From Candidatus Obscuribacterales bacterium (GTDB taxonomy: Bacteria; Cyanobacteriota; Vampirovibrionia; Obscuribacterales; Obscuribacteraceae): a DNA stretch of 64,000 nucleotides. The stretch spans positions 3,008,001 to 3,072,000 of the forward strand of contig CBDDIJ010000003.1 of the NCBI GenBank assembly GCA_965228855.1, given 5' to 3'. Of this stretch, positions 48,701 to 56,756 are shown in pieces. Every line of letters begins with the position of its first letter. The stretch's first letter is position 1. The notes beneath the pieces were generated by a model. It was not told where the DNA came from and ran no database searches. It saw nothing but the letters and a program-made list of their open reading frames with translations. The translations under genes and the position numbers were made by a program.

Positions 48701-51433
48701 TGTGGTGACACCAGGAGTTACAGCACCAGCTTCTTTGCCGTCGATCTTGCCATCACCGGGCTTGAGTGGCGGAGGCAGTTTGGCCTCAGGAGTGAGCGAC
48801 GCGTCGACGCTGTCGTCTCCAATACCGGTAGTCGGGTCGATGTTACGTGCTTGAGTTGGCTGACCGGTAGATCTGCCCAATCCTTGAATTGTAGAGTCAG
48901 GATTATTTGTCGCTGGTTTACTTTCTGCACCTGGTCTGCGGAGCGGAACCGAAATTGTTCCTTCCGGACCAGCAGCGAGATTCACACCCGGCGTCTTTGT
49001 CGAAAGGTTGGCATTCGTTTGCGGTTTCAAGTCTCCGTCTTTCTTGTCAGCTCCACCAGTGGTGGCACCCGGAGCTAGTTTCACACCAGGAACACCGCCG
49101 CCGGCAGCACCTTCTTCGACATCCATGTTGAGCGGTCTACCATCCGGACCGAGGTTCGCGGCGCCATCTTTTTTGCCGTCACCGGAAAGGGCAGCCAGAT
49201 CTTTGGCACCAGGAGTCGGAGGCGTCACACCGAGTTTGTTACCGCCGGGACCTCCAGGCTTGATGGTTTTGTCGACGGGAGTGGTGATGTCTTTTTGCCC
49301 TTCCGGACCAGCCGCACCTTTTCCGTCAACTCCTTTTCCTGGAGGAACCAGACCTTTGTTCAAAGCGGAATTCAGGTCAGCGCCAGGGTTCTTGGTCTTA
49401 TCGTCGTTGTTGCCGGTTTTTACTTCCTTGCCGTCAACGAGTTGCGGACCTTTCGGTTGTTTATCCTTATCTTTGTCATCGCCGACGATACCAGCGTTGA
49501 TTTCGTTTTCCAATTTCTTCGCGGCCATAGCGGCTTGTTCCGCTTCGGCTCTTGCGCGCTTCGCTTCCTCGTCGCTACCGCCGGTTGGTGTTCTGCCAAC
49601 TCCGGCAGCTCCAAGTGCTGCTGCGCCGGCACCTGCTGCTGCTGCTACACCAGCACCCATTGCTCCTTTTTTGGCAGCATCGCCAATCGGATTGAGCGGT
49701 GCTCCGGCTGCTGACGCAGCGGTCTCCGGCACACCAGGTTTCTTAGCGTCTTCAGGTTTCTTCGGAGGTGTTACGCCAGGTTTTGCCCCAGCAGGACCAT
49801 CACCAGGTTTAATCGGCTTGCCATCGGCACCGATTCCGGTACCATCTCCTTTATCGCCCTTAGGACCTTTTGGTTCACCGTGAGCTGCATCACGAATGCC
49901 TTTGAGCAAGTGCGGATCTCTTGGTCCGTGAGCCAGACCTTTTAGTTCGGCTTTCTTCGACATCTCAGGTCCGCGAGCCGCACCGGTGGTGGTATCGCCG
50001 CCGATGAACTTCGCAAGCTGCATTCCGCGCTGAGAGAGTGTGTCTCCGAGAAATTTACCACCCTTCATCAAGCCGCCCGAAATTAGTCCGGCAGAAATAA
50101 AGTCCGACATCGGGCTGATCTGAGCGCGTGCCAGGAAGGACGGCACCTGGATCATCATCTGCAGAATACCGACAGCAAGGATGATTTTACCCCAGGGGTT
50201 GAAGTCCGAAAGAATCATGATGACGAAGATCTTGAGAAGACCAACCCAGACAAATGTCCAGAGGCTGACTTCAACGAATGATCTGACGAAACCGGATGTG
50301 ACGTTTTCAGTGTCCGGAGTCGCGAAAAATACAATAAAGATCGGAGCGAACATATACTGCGCGGTGAGCAGCGCTGTTTGAATCGCTTTCAAAACCAGGA
50401 TGTACACTAGCTCGGCGATCAGGATGCCGCCCAATATAAGGTAGATGATCAAGCCGGCGAATGCGACCAGGTTTCCTACGGTACCCAGTGCGATACCACC
50501 AGGACCTGCACCGAGTAGTCCACCGAATGCCTGACCGGCAACTGGTGCCGTTGCGTTAGCGATTAGACCTGCGCCAGCCATCAAGCCGCCTTTGACCGCT
50601 GCAGCCATGGCAGCATCAAGGGCGGAGACCTGGTCAGCAGAATTGAAATAAACAGCTTTGATCATTTCGTTCGTGATTTGAATTTCGAACGCGTAGATCG
50701 TCGGCCATGCAAGCATCAAACCTGCGGTGAAGATTAAACGACCGACAGCACCGACCAGGTTGCCACCGCCTCTCCAGGCTGCTTCAGCCCAGTACTTCCA
50801 TATACACAAGATAAAGAGGAGGAGGAGAAGGTCGACCGCGATACCGTACATGACGTCTGCACCCTGACGAATGAAGGGCGAGATATCATCGGCACTTCCG
50901 CCGCCTGGAACGTTGCTCATTCCATTAACTGCGACGTTCGGGTTGAGAACGAAAACGCGGAGGAAACCGGTCAAGAATTGCACGGCATCAGAAACCCAGC
51001 CGTTGATAAATTCAGTCAACCACTTACCAATCAGCTGACCGATGTTTGCGAACAGTTGCGAGATGATGTCATCACCCCAGAATGTATGCAAGCCGACATA
51101 GGTGTCGTTGTACTGTCTGAAGTTATCCGTCAGAAGAGCTTCTACGTTCTGGATAACGATGTCTTTGTTTTGCTCGGCGGCCTGGTTGACGTAGTTAGTC
51201 TGCGGTTCATCAGGAAACGCACGAGCGGTCGCATCGGTACCTTGTGCTCCAGGGCTCAGTGCGCCGGAACCTGGGTCTGCCGGCCATGCTTGACCGGGCG
51301 GCGGTGGCTCAGTTTGAGCGAATGCTGCCGAGAAACCGAAAGGCGCCAGCAGCGTGAAAATTGCTGCGAGCGCGACGACCGACTTGACGGTGCGATTGCG
51401 TATTGTGGCTAGGATTGAAGCTGGCTTGAGCAC
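45734..51433 (-). CDS. Giant (1899 aa) extended VirB6/TrbL-like polytopic membrane protein
   Basis: Signal peptide (AFA|Q) and about 7 TMs in the first ~450 aa, including LKAIQTALLTAQYMFAPIFIVFFATPDT..FV...LWTFVW (VirB6-type AP motif); then a ~1400-aa Gly/Pro-rich tail. Co-oriented with virB4/virD4. Confidence 0.75.
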   Translation of the reverse strand: MLKPASILATIRNRTVKSVVALAAIFTLLAPFGFSAAFAQTEPPPPGQAWPADPGSGALSPGAQGTDATARAFPDEPQTNYVNQAAEQNKDIVIQNVEALLTDNFRQYNDTYVGLHTFWGDDIISQLFANIGQLIGKWLTEFINGWVSDAVQFLTGFLRVFVLNPNVAVNGMSNVPGGGSADDISPFIRQGADVMYGIAVDLLLLLFILCIWKYWAEAAWRGGGNLVGAVGRLIFTAGLMLAWPTIYAFEIQITNEMIKAVYFNSADQVSALDAAMAAAVKGGLMAGAGLIANATAPVAGQAFGGLLGAGPGGIALGTVGNLVAFAGLIIYLILGGILIAELVYILVLKAIQTALLTAQYMFAPIFIVFFATPDTENVTSGFVRSFVEVSLWTFVWVGLLKIFVIMILSDFNPWGKIILAVGILQMMIQVPSFLARAQISPMSDFISAGLISGGLMKGGKFLGDTLSQRGMQLAKFIGGDTTTGAARGPEMSKKAELKGLAHGPRDPHLLKGIRDAAHGEPKGPKGDKGDGTGIGADGKPIKPGDGPAGAKPGVTPPKKPEDAKKPGVPETAASAAGAPLNPIGDAAKKGAMGAGVAAAAGAGAAALGAAGVGRTPTGGSDEEAKRARAEAEQAAMAAKKLENEINAGIVGDDKDKDKQPKGPQLVDGKEVKTGNNDDKTKNPGADLNSALNKGLVPPGKGVDGKGAAGPEGQKDITTPVDKTIKPGGPGGNKLGVTPPTPGAKDLAALSGDGKKDGAANLGPDGRPLNMDVEEGAAGGGVPGVKLAPGATTGGADKKDGDLKPQTNANLSTKTPGVNLAAGPEGTISVPLRRPGAESKPATNNPDSTIQGLGRSTGQPTQARNIDPTTGIGDDSVDASLTPEAKLPPPLKPGDGKIDGKEAGAVTPGVTTAGADGKVPVTVSLPGRRVQAPTGNLGKAAEGSEVVTPGGTADGQVRIQPGLTPAGGDNVNAQQTVTGEIKPPTGTPGATTDGGKVEIQPTVAAGGIPGVNLGGVIPVPAARRAGTGRTGAQAPGGFIDPGWEPDNSSPIRPMNLTSRAGGFGGGGGNGGDGGGGGMHTPPDDGRTPHGQAPASPHEQRLQATQSVVPMNNYQQAGYRWIPPRGISGGIRLAQDVTLGPSTSGEAELMGNAKGQTFHVRHAEGMDPDRLALQMMTAGYATLVGNDPVAYDAARQSAIAAGADKPKGFAQRMASGILSYNGGSWAQTANAKQAFQQALYTESVAGSQAYVNGQPGNAYTEYLNQRYGPMSDEQQAWGVHIMTDAGSPESSWHWGHIPATETLVRNAIPINATSRAIATNATVLRSRPWEQRAAIAGCSSYLEARKNDEIPDAHPMVADAWTGREAQLLPPAVVNTATALSAEFGDDACRDVKMVNDVANIVGAGADVGSYVQTYQALKAVQGIGNSVKNGGGGFAGGGGGVSPIQPRGGGGGGGSPMVSTNVSGTVLPGGGGGMEQVVDVPVDVDGGASPVGPLNLGGITPPIMGPGMGPGTRANVTFRQAPNQGMGTPPTQQMRMQGSSHPSGTGPIHINNVGGVGTPPPIINEQNVEVEIVPGHTPTPPPIDPSLIKVPPAAGSRPSEIRANVTFTAGGNNGGGSNNLGTQRVRFEAPLRDSTPQVNMQMGGYNDPGNSGQVIEQHVEAELMFGKTGDIGGVSAGEVEANLRNMVNQYDTTAEMAYNVVYDLHSAGFSYEQLSDPKIASVAMQVMATDKSMAQTAAVTAGKLGGNNFSLVRTQVVQAMMDCDPKWNQNNIDPKSIFAAEAIHGATQEYRTELLAEYADDISNSPEPQEHPVVKLQSYPTKNFVNQIISHPDYSGKPGASLHKQVVRVIREKVDQRLAGKDPYYGGSGTYQDYDDQSSYSQSGGSGGGGGSRRYYDPDD

Positions 51434-51504
51434 GGGGTGTTTTAATTTGCGAAAGAAACTGGAGTGGATTATGTCTGAAGTCTAAGCCTGGCGAGAAAAT
51501 CTGT

Positions 51505-51532
51505 CATTGGGGAAATTCCCATCAAAGGCGGG
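51505..51532 (-). promoter_or_regulatory. Shared upstream motif copy 2 (CATTGGGGAAATTCCCA...AAGGCGGG)
   Basis: 72 bp upstream of the virB6-like start; matches 44816-44843 at 21 of 28 positions. Confidence 0.5.
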
Positions 51533-51838
51533 GCGAGCGAGCATTTCTTTCGGCTTTTTTGGGGCAAGCAAAAACGGTTTTTGCCCCGATAGATCTGCAT
51601 ATAAGTAAGAAGCCCATTAATAGGCAATTTCCAACACTCTTTTCGAAAATTTGTCAGAAATTTTTTCGAGCATCGACAAGCATTAAACTTGGTCAAAACC
51701 GAAGATTTAATCTGAACAGCTCAGGCTGCAAAGCACACAGCTATTTTCAGCAGAAATTATGTCGCTCGCAGGGACACTAGCCTAGCCAGCCAGGTCCAAG
51801 GCGCTTAGAGGAAGACAGACAGCCAGCCCTGAAATCAC

Positions 51839-51883
51839 GGAAGGACCGACACATAATGCCGATCCCATCCGAGCCGTTCGACA
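51839..51883 (-). other. Conserved 3'-UTR hairpin, copy 1
   Basis: Minus strand TGTCGAACGGCTC-GGATGGGATCGGCAT-TAT-GTGTCGGTCCTTCC; same motif at 55062-55111. Confidence 0.55.
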
Positions 51884-51993
51884 CAAAATTTGTGACGAGC
51901 TTGATGATTTAGTTGTAGAACTCTCAGACGTTAGTCGCAGAACAACTCAACACTTAGCATTCAGACTAAGGCATCAAGCCGATCGAGCCTTTA

Positions 51994-52034
51994 GTTCGAC
52001 CGAGGTCCGCGTATAACGAACCTCGGTTTCGAAC
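51994..52034 (-). terminator. Long stem-loop immediately after pilin copy 1
   Basis: GTTCGA(AA)CCGAGGTTCG...CGGACCTCGGTCGAAC on the minus strand; no clear U-tract. Confidence 0.45.
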
Positions 52035-52041
52035 AAGATTT

Positions 52042-52458
52042 TTAGAGACCGCCGCCGAGACCGCCGTAGTTGTTGATAGCGAAGGTACCGATCAAGTGAA
52101 CCGCAGTCGGTCCGCCGAATCCAACGCCCAGTCCTTTTGCGACGTTCATTGCCGACTCACCGCCATCTCTCTGACCGAAGGCAATCTTCATGCCGGCGAG
52201 TGACGAAGGTACTGTCGAGAGAGCTGTGACTACACGCGAGATGTCTCGAGCGGTGTCATAACCGAAGTCTGCCAATTGTCCTACTTCGTTCGATTGTCCG
52301 TAACGGGGGTCAACCGGAGCGCCTACCAGACCTTGTGCATGTGCGGCTTGGTCGTAGATACCGAACGCCATGAGCACCAGTTGGGGAGCCAGAAGGAAAC
52401 CAACACGAGTGGCAACCTTGAATTTGTGCGAAGAGGTGAGTTTGCTGAGTTTAGACAT
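52042..52458 (-). CDS. VirB2/TrbC-like pilin, copy 1
   Basis: Long leader ending AHA|Q, two weakly hydrophobic helices joined by AGMKIAFGQRDGG, GLGVGFGG; AGGAGG SD; T4SS context. Confidence 0.65.
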   Translation of the reverse strand: MSKLSKLTSSHKFKVATRVGFLLAPQLVLMAFGIYDQAAHAQGLVGAPVDPRYGQSNEVGQLADFGYDTARDISRVVTALSTVPSSLAGMKIAFGQRDGGESAMNVAKGLGVGFGGPTAVHLIGTFAINNYGGLGGGL

Positions 52459-52508
52459 GAGTTGCCTCCTAAGGGTGAGAATCGAATGGGGGTAGTGGAA
52501 GACTGAAT

Positions 52509-53186
52509 TTACTTGTGGTGGTTTATGATTTGACCGTAAACATCGGAGTTGGAGCTAAATCCAGAGCTCGTAGGTCTGGTCGATCCCGGTGAGAAGAATT
52601 GATTTCCGTACGATGCGACTTTCGGCTGTGCGTTCAGGCTCGATGGTTGTTTTGGTTTGACCAATCTGCCGGATACAGCACTTCGAGTTTGCGCCGGGCG
52701 TTTTGGAACCATTCGTCCGGACAAACTCTTGTTCGAACTCGGGGCTGTCATCTGCTTCGGCGCTGCCGGTGGAAGCGATTGGGCGACCACTGGCGCATTT
52801 TGTTGGGGTGCTCCGAATCCGGGATTGAACGGGGTTGCCGTCAAAGACGGTTTCGGAACGATATTTGCCTGGGGCTGACCATACGACATGCTGGGATGTA
52901 CGCTGGTCGCGACTCGCGGCTGAACCGGTTGTGGCTTCGGCGCTGGTTTGAGCACACTCGGATCGACACCGAGGAAGCTTGCTGCTTTAGGGACAGCTCC
53001 GTGTCCAACGCTCGTGGTGGGAGGATTGAAATTCTGATAGTGACGTTTCTCAAACTGTTGCGGTCCCCATTTGTTGGGTTCGAAGTCGAAACGTGCTCCG
53101 CGTTGACCTTGAGCCATCGCCGGGTCTACAGCGCCGACTGCAAGAGTGGCGAGTGTCAAAATTGAGAGGGTAATGATGTTCTTCAT
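52509..53186 (-). CDS. Secreted Pro/Ser/Gln-rich hypothetical protein
   Basis: Signal peptide AMA|Q; low-complexity body. Confidence 0.75.
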   Translation of the reverse strand: MKNIITLSILTLATLAVGAVDPAMAQGQRGARFDFEPNKWGPQQFEKRHYQNFNPPTTSVGHGAVPKAASFLGVDPSVLKPAPKPQPVQPRVATSVHPSMSYGQPQANIVPKPSLTATPFNPGFGAPQQNAPVVAQSLPPAAPKQMTAPSSNKSLSGRMVPKRPAQTRSAVSGRLVKPKQPSSLNAQPKVASYGNQFFSPGSTRPTSSGFSSNSDVYGQIINHHK

Positions 53187-53197
53187 TGCTGTAAATC

Positions 53198-53956
53198 CTA
53201 AAAACGAAATCCGTTTCTCATCCCGAAACCTGTCATCGTCAGACCTGTGAAACCTAAACCGAAGAGCGAACCAGGTCTTCTGAGTTGCGTGGCCAGTAGC
53301 CCGGCTCCGAGTCCTGCAGTTCCCGCAAGGTTGTTGGCGAAGCCGCCTCTGCGAGTGTCGCGTCTTACGATAGGGGTCTTAGATCCTCCGGTTAGAGTTT
53401 GGGTTTGACTGGAATTTCCGTATTGCGGTGCATTGTTGTTGCTCGCGAAACCTGGATTGAGCCAGTCGGGTTGACCGATTGCGTACTGACCTTGAGCGCC
53501 GGGCATCTGGTTCGGTTGGTTGAACGGGGTAAATTGACCAGGTGCACCCATTGCTTGTTGGCCGTACTGCGGCGTTTGATTTGACAGCTGTGTATTCCCA
53601 AGAAGTGAATCGAATGCTGCTCTGCGCATGTCCTTTGCAGACATGATGCCGCTTGCCGGATTCAAATTCATATGTCCAGCATCAGGAGTCATCTCCGTGA
53701 GCTGCCCAGGGGTAGCACTCATCATCATTCCTGCACCGGCATCTGCCTGGGGCACCACCTCTGGTGGCAGGAAGGAATCTTGAGAATAATTAGCTCCCAT
53801 GGATTGATCGAGAGAAGGAGATTGAGCTTCGAAGCCCTGCGCCAGGACCGGTGTCGAAAGCTGGCTCAAGAAGCCAACCGTAAGAACGACTGCAAGCATT
53901 TGCTTGCGACCATTCTTTTTCGATTCCGTGTGTCTAGCTTGCATCTCGTTTTCCAA
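53198..53956 (-). CDS. Secreted Gln/Gly/Met-rich protein with C-terminal glycine-rich hydrophobic segment
   Basis: Signal peptide VLA|Q; C-terminal GTAGLGAGLL...LFGLGFTGLTMTGFG. Confidence 0.75.
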   Translation of the reverse strand: MENEMQARHTESKKNGRKQMLAVVLTVGFLSQLSTPVLAQGFEAQSPSLDQSMGANYSQDSFLPPEVVPQADAGAGMMMSATPGQLTEMTPDAGHMNLNPASGIMSAKDMRRAAFDSLLGNTQLSNQTPQYGQQAMGAPGQFTPFNQPNQMPGAQGQYAIGQPDWLNPGFASNNNAPQYGNSSQTQTLTGGSKTPIVRRDTRRGGFANNLAGTAGLGAGLLATQLRRPGSLFGLGFTGLTMTGFGMRNGFRF

Positions 53957-54012
53957 ATCGTTGGGTTGCCGTCGAACGTGAGTTCATAGTACGAAATCGC
54001 TCATCGGACGAA

Positions 54013-54050
54013 CATCGGTGGTTTTCCCCCCACTATGGGAAAATCCCCCC
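54013..54050 (-). promoter_or_regulatory. Shared upstream motif copy 3 (CATCGGTGGTTTTCCC...GGGAAAATCCCC)
   Basis: Inverted repeat GGTTTTCCC/GGGAAAATCC about 60 bp upstream of 53956; shares CATYGGNGRWWWTCCC with copies 1 and 2. Confidence 0.45.
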
Positions 54051-54412
54051 TCCCTTCATCCATATATAATTTTGTCTACTAGAAAATATCGTGCGTCTCA
54101 AAGCTCAAGAGAGAGCACCTGTAGGTCTTTCGAGAGCCCACGGAAGTCAAGCGCCACTAGTTTGGCAGTCCTGCGTAGACAGAAATTTTGTTTTCCGTCA
54201 TCGCAGGATAGACAATTAGAGCTTTACAAATGCCTAAAGACAGCATCATCGTCGGATCCGAGTTCGTATGCTCTCCAAGGCATGTATGCCGCGGACGCCT
54301 GGCGGCTGCGGTCAGGCACTCGTTAGGCACTCGTTCCAAATCGCACTCAAGAGCCAGCTACCTCAAAATCGGCTCCGACACCTCAGAGCGTCCCGCGGCG
54401 GCGCTTAGCGTT

Positions 54413-54490
54413 CTTCTACCCACAGTAGATTTCGACCGCAAAGGTCCCTGACTCAAGCCGCTTCGGGTTGCTTCTACCCACAGTAGATTT
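54413..54490. repeat. Two exact 20-bp hairpin repeats CTTCTACCCACAGTAGATTT, 38 bp apart
   Basis: Copies at 54413-54432 and 54471-54490. Confidence 0.9.
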
Positions 54491-54650
54491 GCCAGTAGAG
54501 GTCTCTCTAGGTTCGACAAGAAGAGACTCGGGAAAAACGGCGGTCCGCTGTTCGGCAGGACCGCCGGGAACAGCAAAATCGTTCTCGTTTAACTTGCTGG
54601 TGGAATCTAGAAATACTAGAAGAGACCATTAGAGCTCTCGAAGGAGCTAT

Positions 54651-54695
54651 GTCTGTTTTGAAAATGTCTGTTTAGAAATCGTCTGTTTCGAAATA
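54651..54695. repeat. 15-bp tandem repeat x3 (GTCTGTTTNGAAA)
   Basis: Units at 54651, 54666, 54681. Confidence 0.85.
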
Positions 54696-55006
54696 AATCG
54701 ACTCAGGTCTTGCGTCGAGACTGAAGTTTCAATTGACACTGCTGATGCTGTTTCACCTTGGCGGCTATGAGAACGCCGGCGACGAGCATCTAAGAGTCTC
54801 GACTGTTTAGGACGCAAACCTTCGACGTTCGAACTGAAGATTCGCATACATATAAATGATTGGGCTGATTCTTTTTGAGTTCGCAAGGGATTTGCGCAGA
54901 CCGCTTCTAATAGCGGTATCAGATATAAATGACTAGAGTCCGCACTTGCGCTGACGGTAGTTTGCCGCGCCTGGCGTGCTGAGGTGATGATCGTCGGAAA
55001 CGGTTT

Positions 55007-55075
55007 ATGGTCATGGGAAGGCCCAGCAGATGGTCACGGGAGTGTCCAGAAGATGGTCATGGGAAGGACCGGCAG
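55007..55075. repeat. 23-bp tandem repeat x3 (ATGGTCAYGGGA...)
   Basis: Units at 55007, 55030, 55053. Confidence 0.85.
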
Positions 55076-55137
55076 ATTGCCATCCGCCGATCCTTTCCGA
55101 GCCGTTCGACAAATTTACTTTCCCAGTCGAGATCTTT

Positions 55138-55560
55138 TTAGAGACCGCCGCCGAGACCGCCGTAGTTGTTGATGGCGAATGTACCGATCAAGTGAACCGC
55201 TGTCGGTCCGCCGAATCCTACACCCAAGCCTTTGGCGACGTTCATTGCGGATTCTCCGCCGTCTCTCTGACCGAATGCGATCTTCATTCCTGCCAGTGAC
55301 GAAGGCACTGTGGATAGCGCTGTGACAACACGGGAGATGTCACGGGCGGTGTCATAACCAAAGTCAGCCAACTGACCTACTTCGTTCGATTGTCCGTAAC
55401 GTGGGTCGACCGGAGCGCCGACCAGACCTTGTGCGTGTGCGGCTTGGTCATAGATACCGAAGGCCATGAGCACCAGCTGAGGCGCCAGGAGGAAACCGAC
55501 GCGAGTGGCGACTTTGAACTTGTGCGAGGACTTAATCTCTTTAAGCGATAGCTTAGCCAT
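55138..55560 (-). CDS. VirB2/TrbC-like pilin, copy 2
   Basis: Last 130 aa identical to 52042..52458; AAGGAG SD. Confidence 0.65.
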   Translation of the reverse strand: MAKLSLKEIKSSHKFKVATRVGFLLAPQLVLMAFGIYDQAAHAQGLVGAPVDPRYGQSNEVGQLADFGYDTARDISRVVTALSTVPSSLAGMKIAFGQRDGGESAMNVAKGLGVGFGGPTAVHLIGTFAINNYGGLGGGL

Positions 55561-55700
55561 TGTTGAATCTCCTTGAGTCTATTTTTACGGTTTTTGAAAA
55601 GTCTTTTTTTGTTTAGGACTGAGTCCTGTGTGCTGTTCGGACTGTTGTCCTGAGTTTTGCGATTGCGAGGACTTGCGTCCTTGAGGTGATGAACTAAGAG

Positions 55701-56696
55701 TTAGAAGTTGGTGATGATTGCCGTTGGCAGTAGAAGTTGATCTCTCTTTTGCGGGTTGGTATTCGCGGGATCAAACTGTGCGTAGGGGAAACCAAAATCA
55801 GTTGATTTGCTCGAGTATTGCGGCAGTCTTCTCATGCCTTGACCAAACTCTGTCGTTTGTTGAGCGGTCAGACCGAGGATGCCGTTTTGTCTCGTCGAGG
55901 ACAGACCGTAGTCTTGGACCGTTGAGCCTGTCGGAATCGTAGTTCCGCCGGCTTGGAATCTTTGACCGCCGCCCAGGTCGATGGCGCTGTTTCTCCAGCC
56001 GTTACCTGACGGTACACCGGTTACTGCACCCCAACCAGCCCAGGGTCCTAATCTTTCGATGTTGTCCTGGCTTCCGTCTGTACCGCCGCCACCGATGATG
56101 GAGTTTCTGCCGCGATATTCATATTGATGGGATTCTTGTCCGCCTCGTCTGACTGTCGGGATGGAGGTGTAATAGCCACCGGTTCCTGGAAGTCCGCCAG
56201 CGGGATTGATGTTGATTTCGTCAGCCGGGTTGATGTAGCCCATCGGAGCTTGCATTGAACCCGGGTCAGGACCAGGCGTTGACGGAGGTGCCGGAATGAA
56301 CGGTGTCAGAGCCGGTCCCAGAACTCCTGGAGGAGACTGAACTGCTGGGTTGATTGGCAGTGGAATACCCGAAGTGCTGTTGTCGATCTGGTTTGCCGGA
56401 ATTGACGGCACCCAGGGAAGGAGTGTGAGCGGCATACCAGCCTGACCAGGATGAACTCCGGCAGGTGTAGGACCGTCGCCCATCGCAGGCGGTTGACCTT
56501 CCGGCGGAGGTACAAAGGGTGCCGAGCTCGGAGCGCCATCCAACAACGGCGTACGGATTGTTTCAACCGGTGCTCCGGGCATTACTCCCGGTTGCACTGG
56601 ATTGCCGGGAAACGGCTGTGCATTTGCCGCTGCCGAGATGCTGACGCTGAGGGCAGCTGCTGCAAATAATGTGGAGAGAATCTTGGACTTACGCAT
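55701..56696 (-). CDS. Secreted Pro/Gly-rich protein; paralogue of 56757..57575
   Basis: Signal peptide ANA|Q, GGAGG SD; PPEGQPPAMGDG, DPGS, RRGGQ and T[DE]FG motifs. Confidence 0.8.
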   Translation of the reverse strand: MRKSKILSTLFAAAALSVSISAAANAQPFPGNPVQPGVMPGAPVETIRTPLLDGAPSSAPFVPPPEGQPPAMGDGPTPAGVHPGQAGMPLTLLPWVPSIPANQIDNSTSGIPLPINPAVQSPPGVLGPALTPFIPAPPSTPGPDPGSMQAPMGYINPADEININPAGGLPGTGGYYTSIPTVRRGGQESHQYEYRGRNSIIGGGGTDGSQDNIERLGPWAGWGAVTGVPSGNGWRNSAIDLGGGQRFQAGGTTIPTGSTVQDYGLSSTRQNGILGLTAQQTTEFGQGMRRLPQYSSKSTDFGFPYAQFDPANTNPQKRDQLLLPTAIITNF

Positions 56697-56756
56697 TGTT
56701 GGCCTCCTGAAGCCATATACAACTAGTGGTTTTGGCGATGCCGTCGTCGGCGGTGC

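Noticed and set aside
46085..51412. Many plus-strand ORFs up to 328 aa
   Set aside because: Antisense shadows of the GC-rich, codon-biased 1899-aa gene.
54413..54490. Cas12a-type mini-array (TTCTAC-loop-GTAGAT resembles the Cas12a repeat stem)
   Set aside because: Only two 20-bp copies, lacking the AATTT 5' handle and the loop-initial T, and no nuclease gene nearby. Kept only as a repeat.
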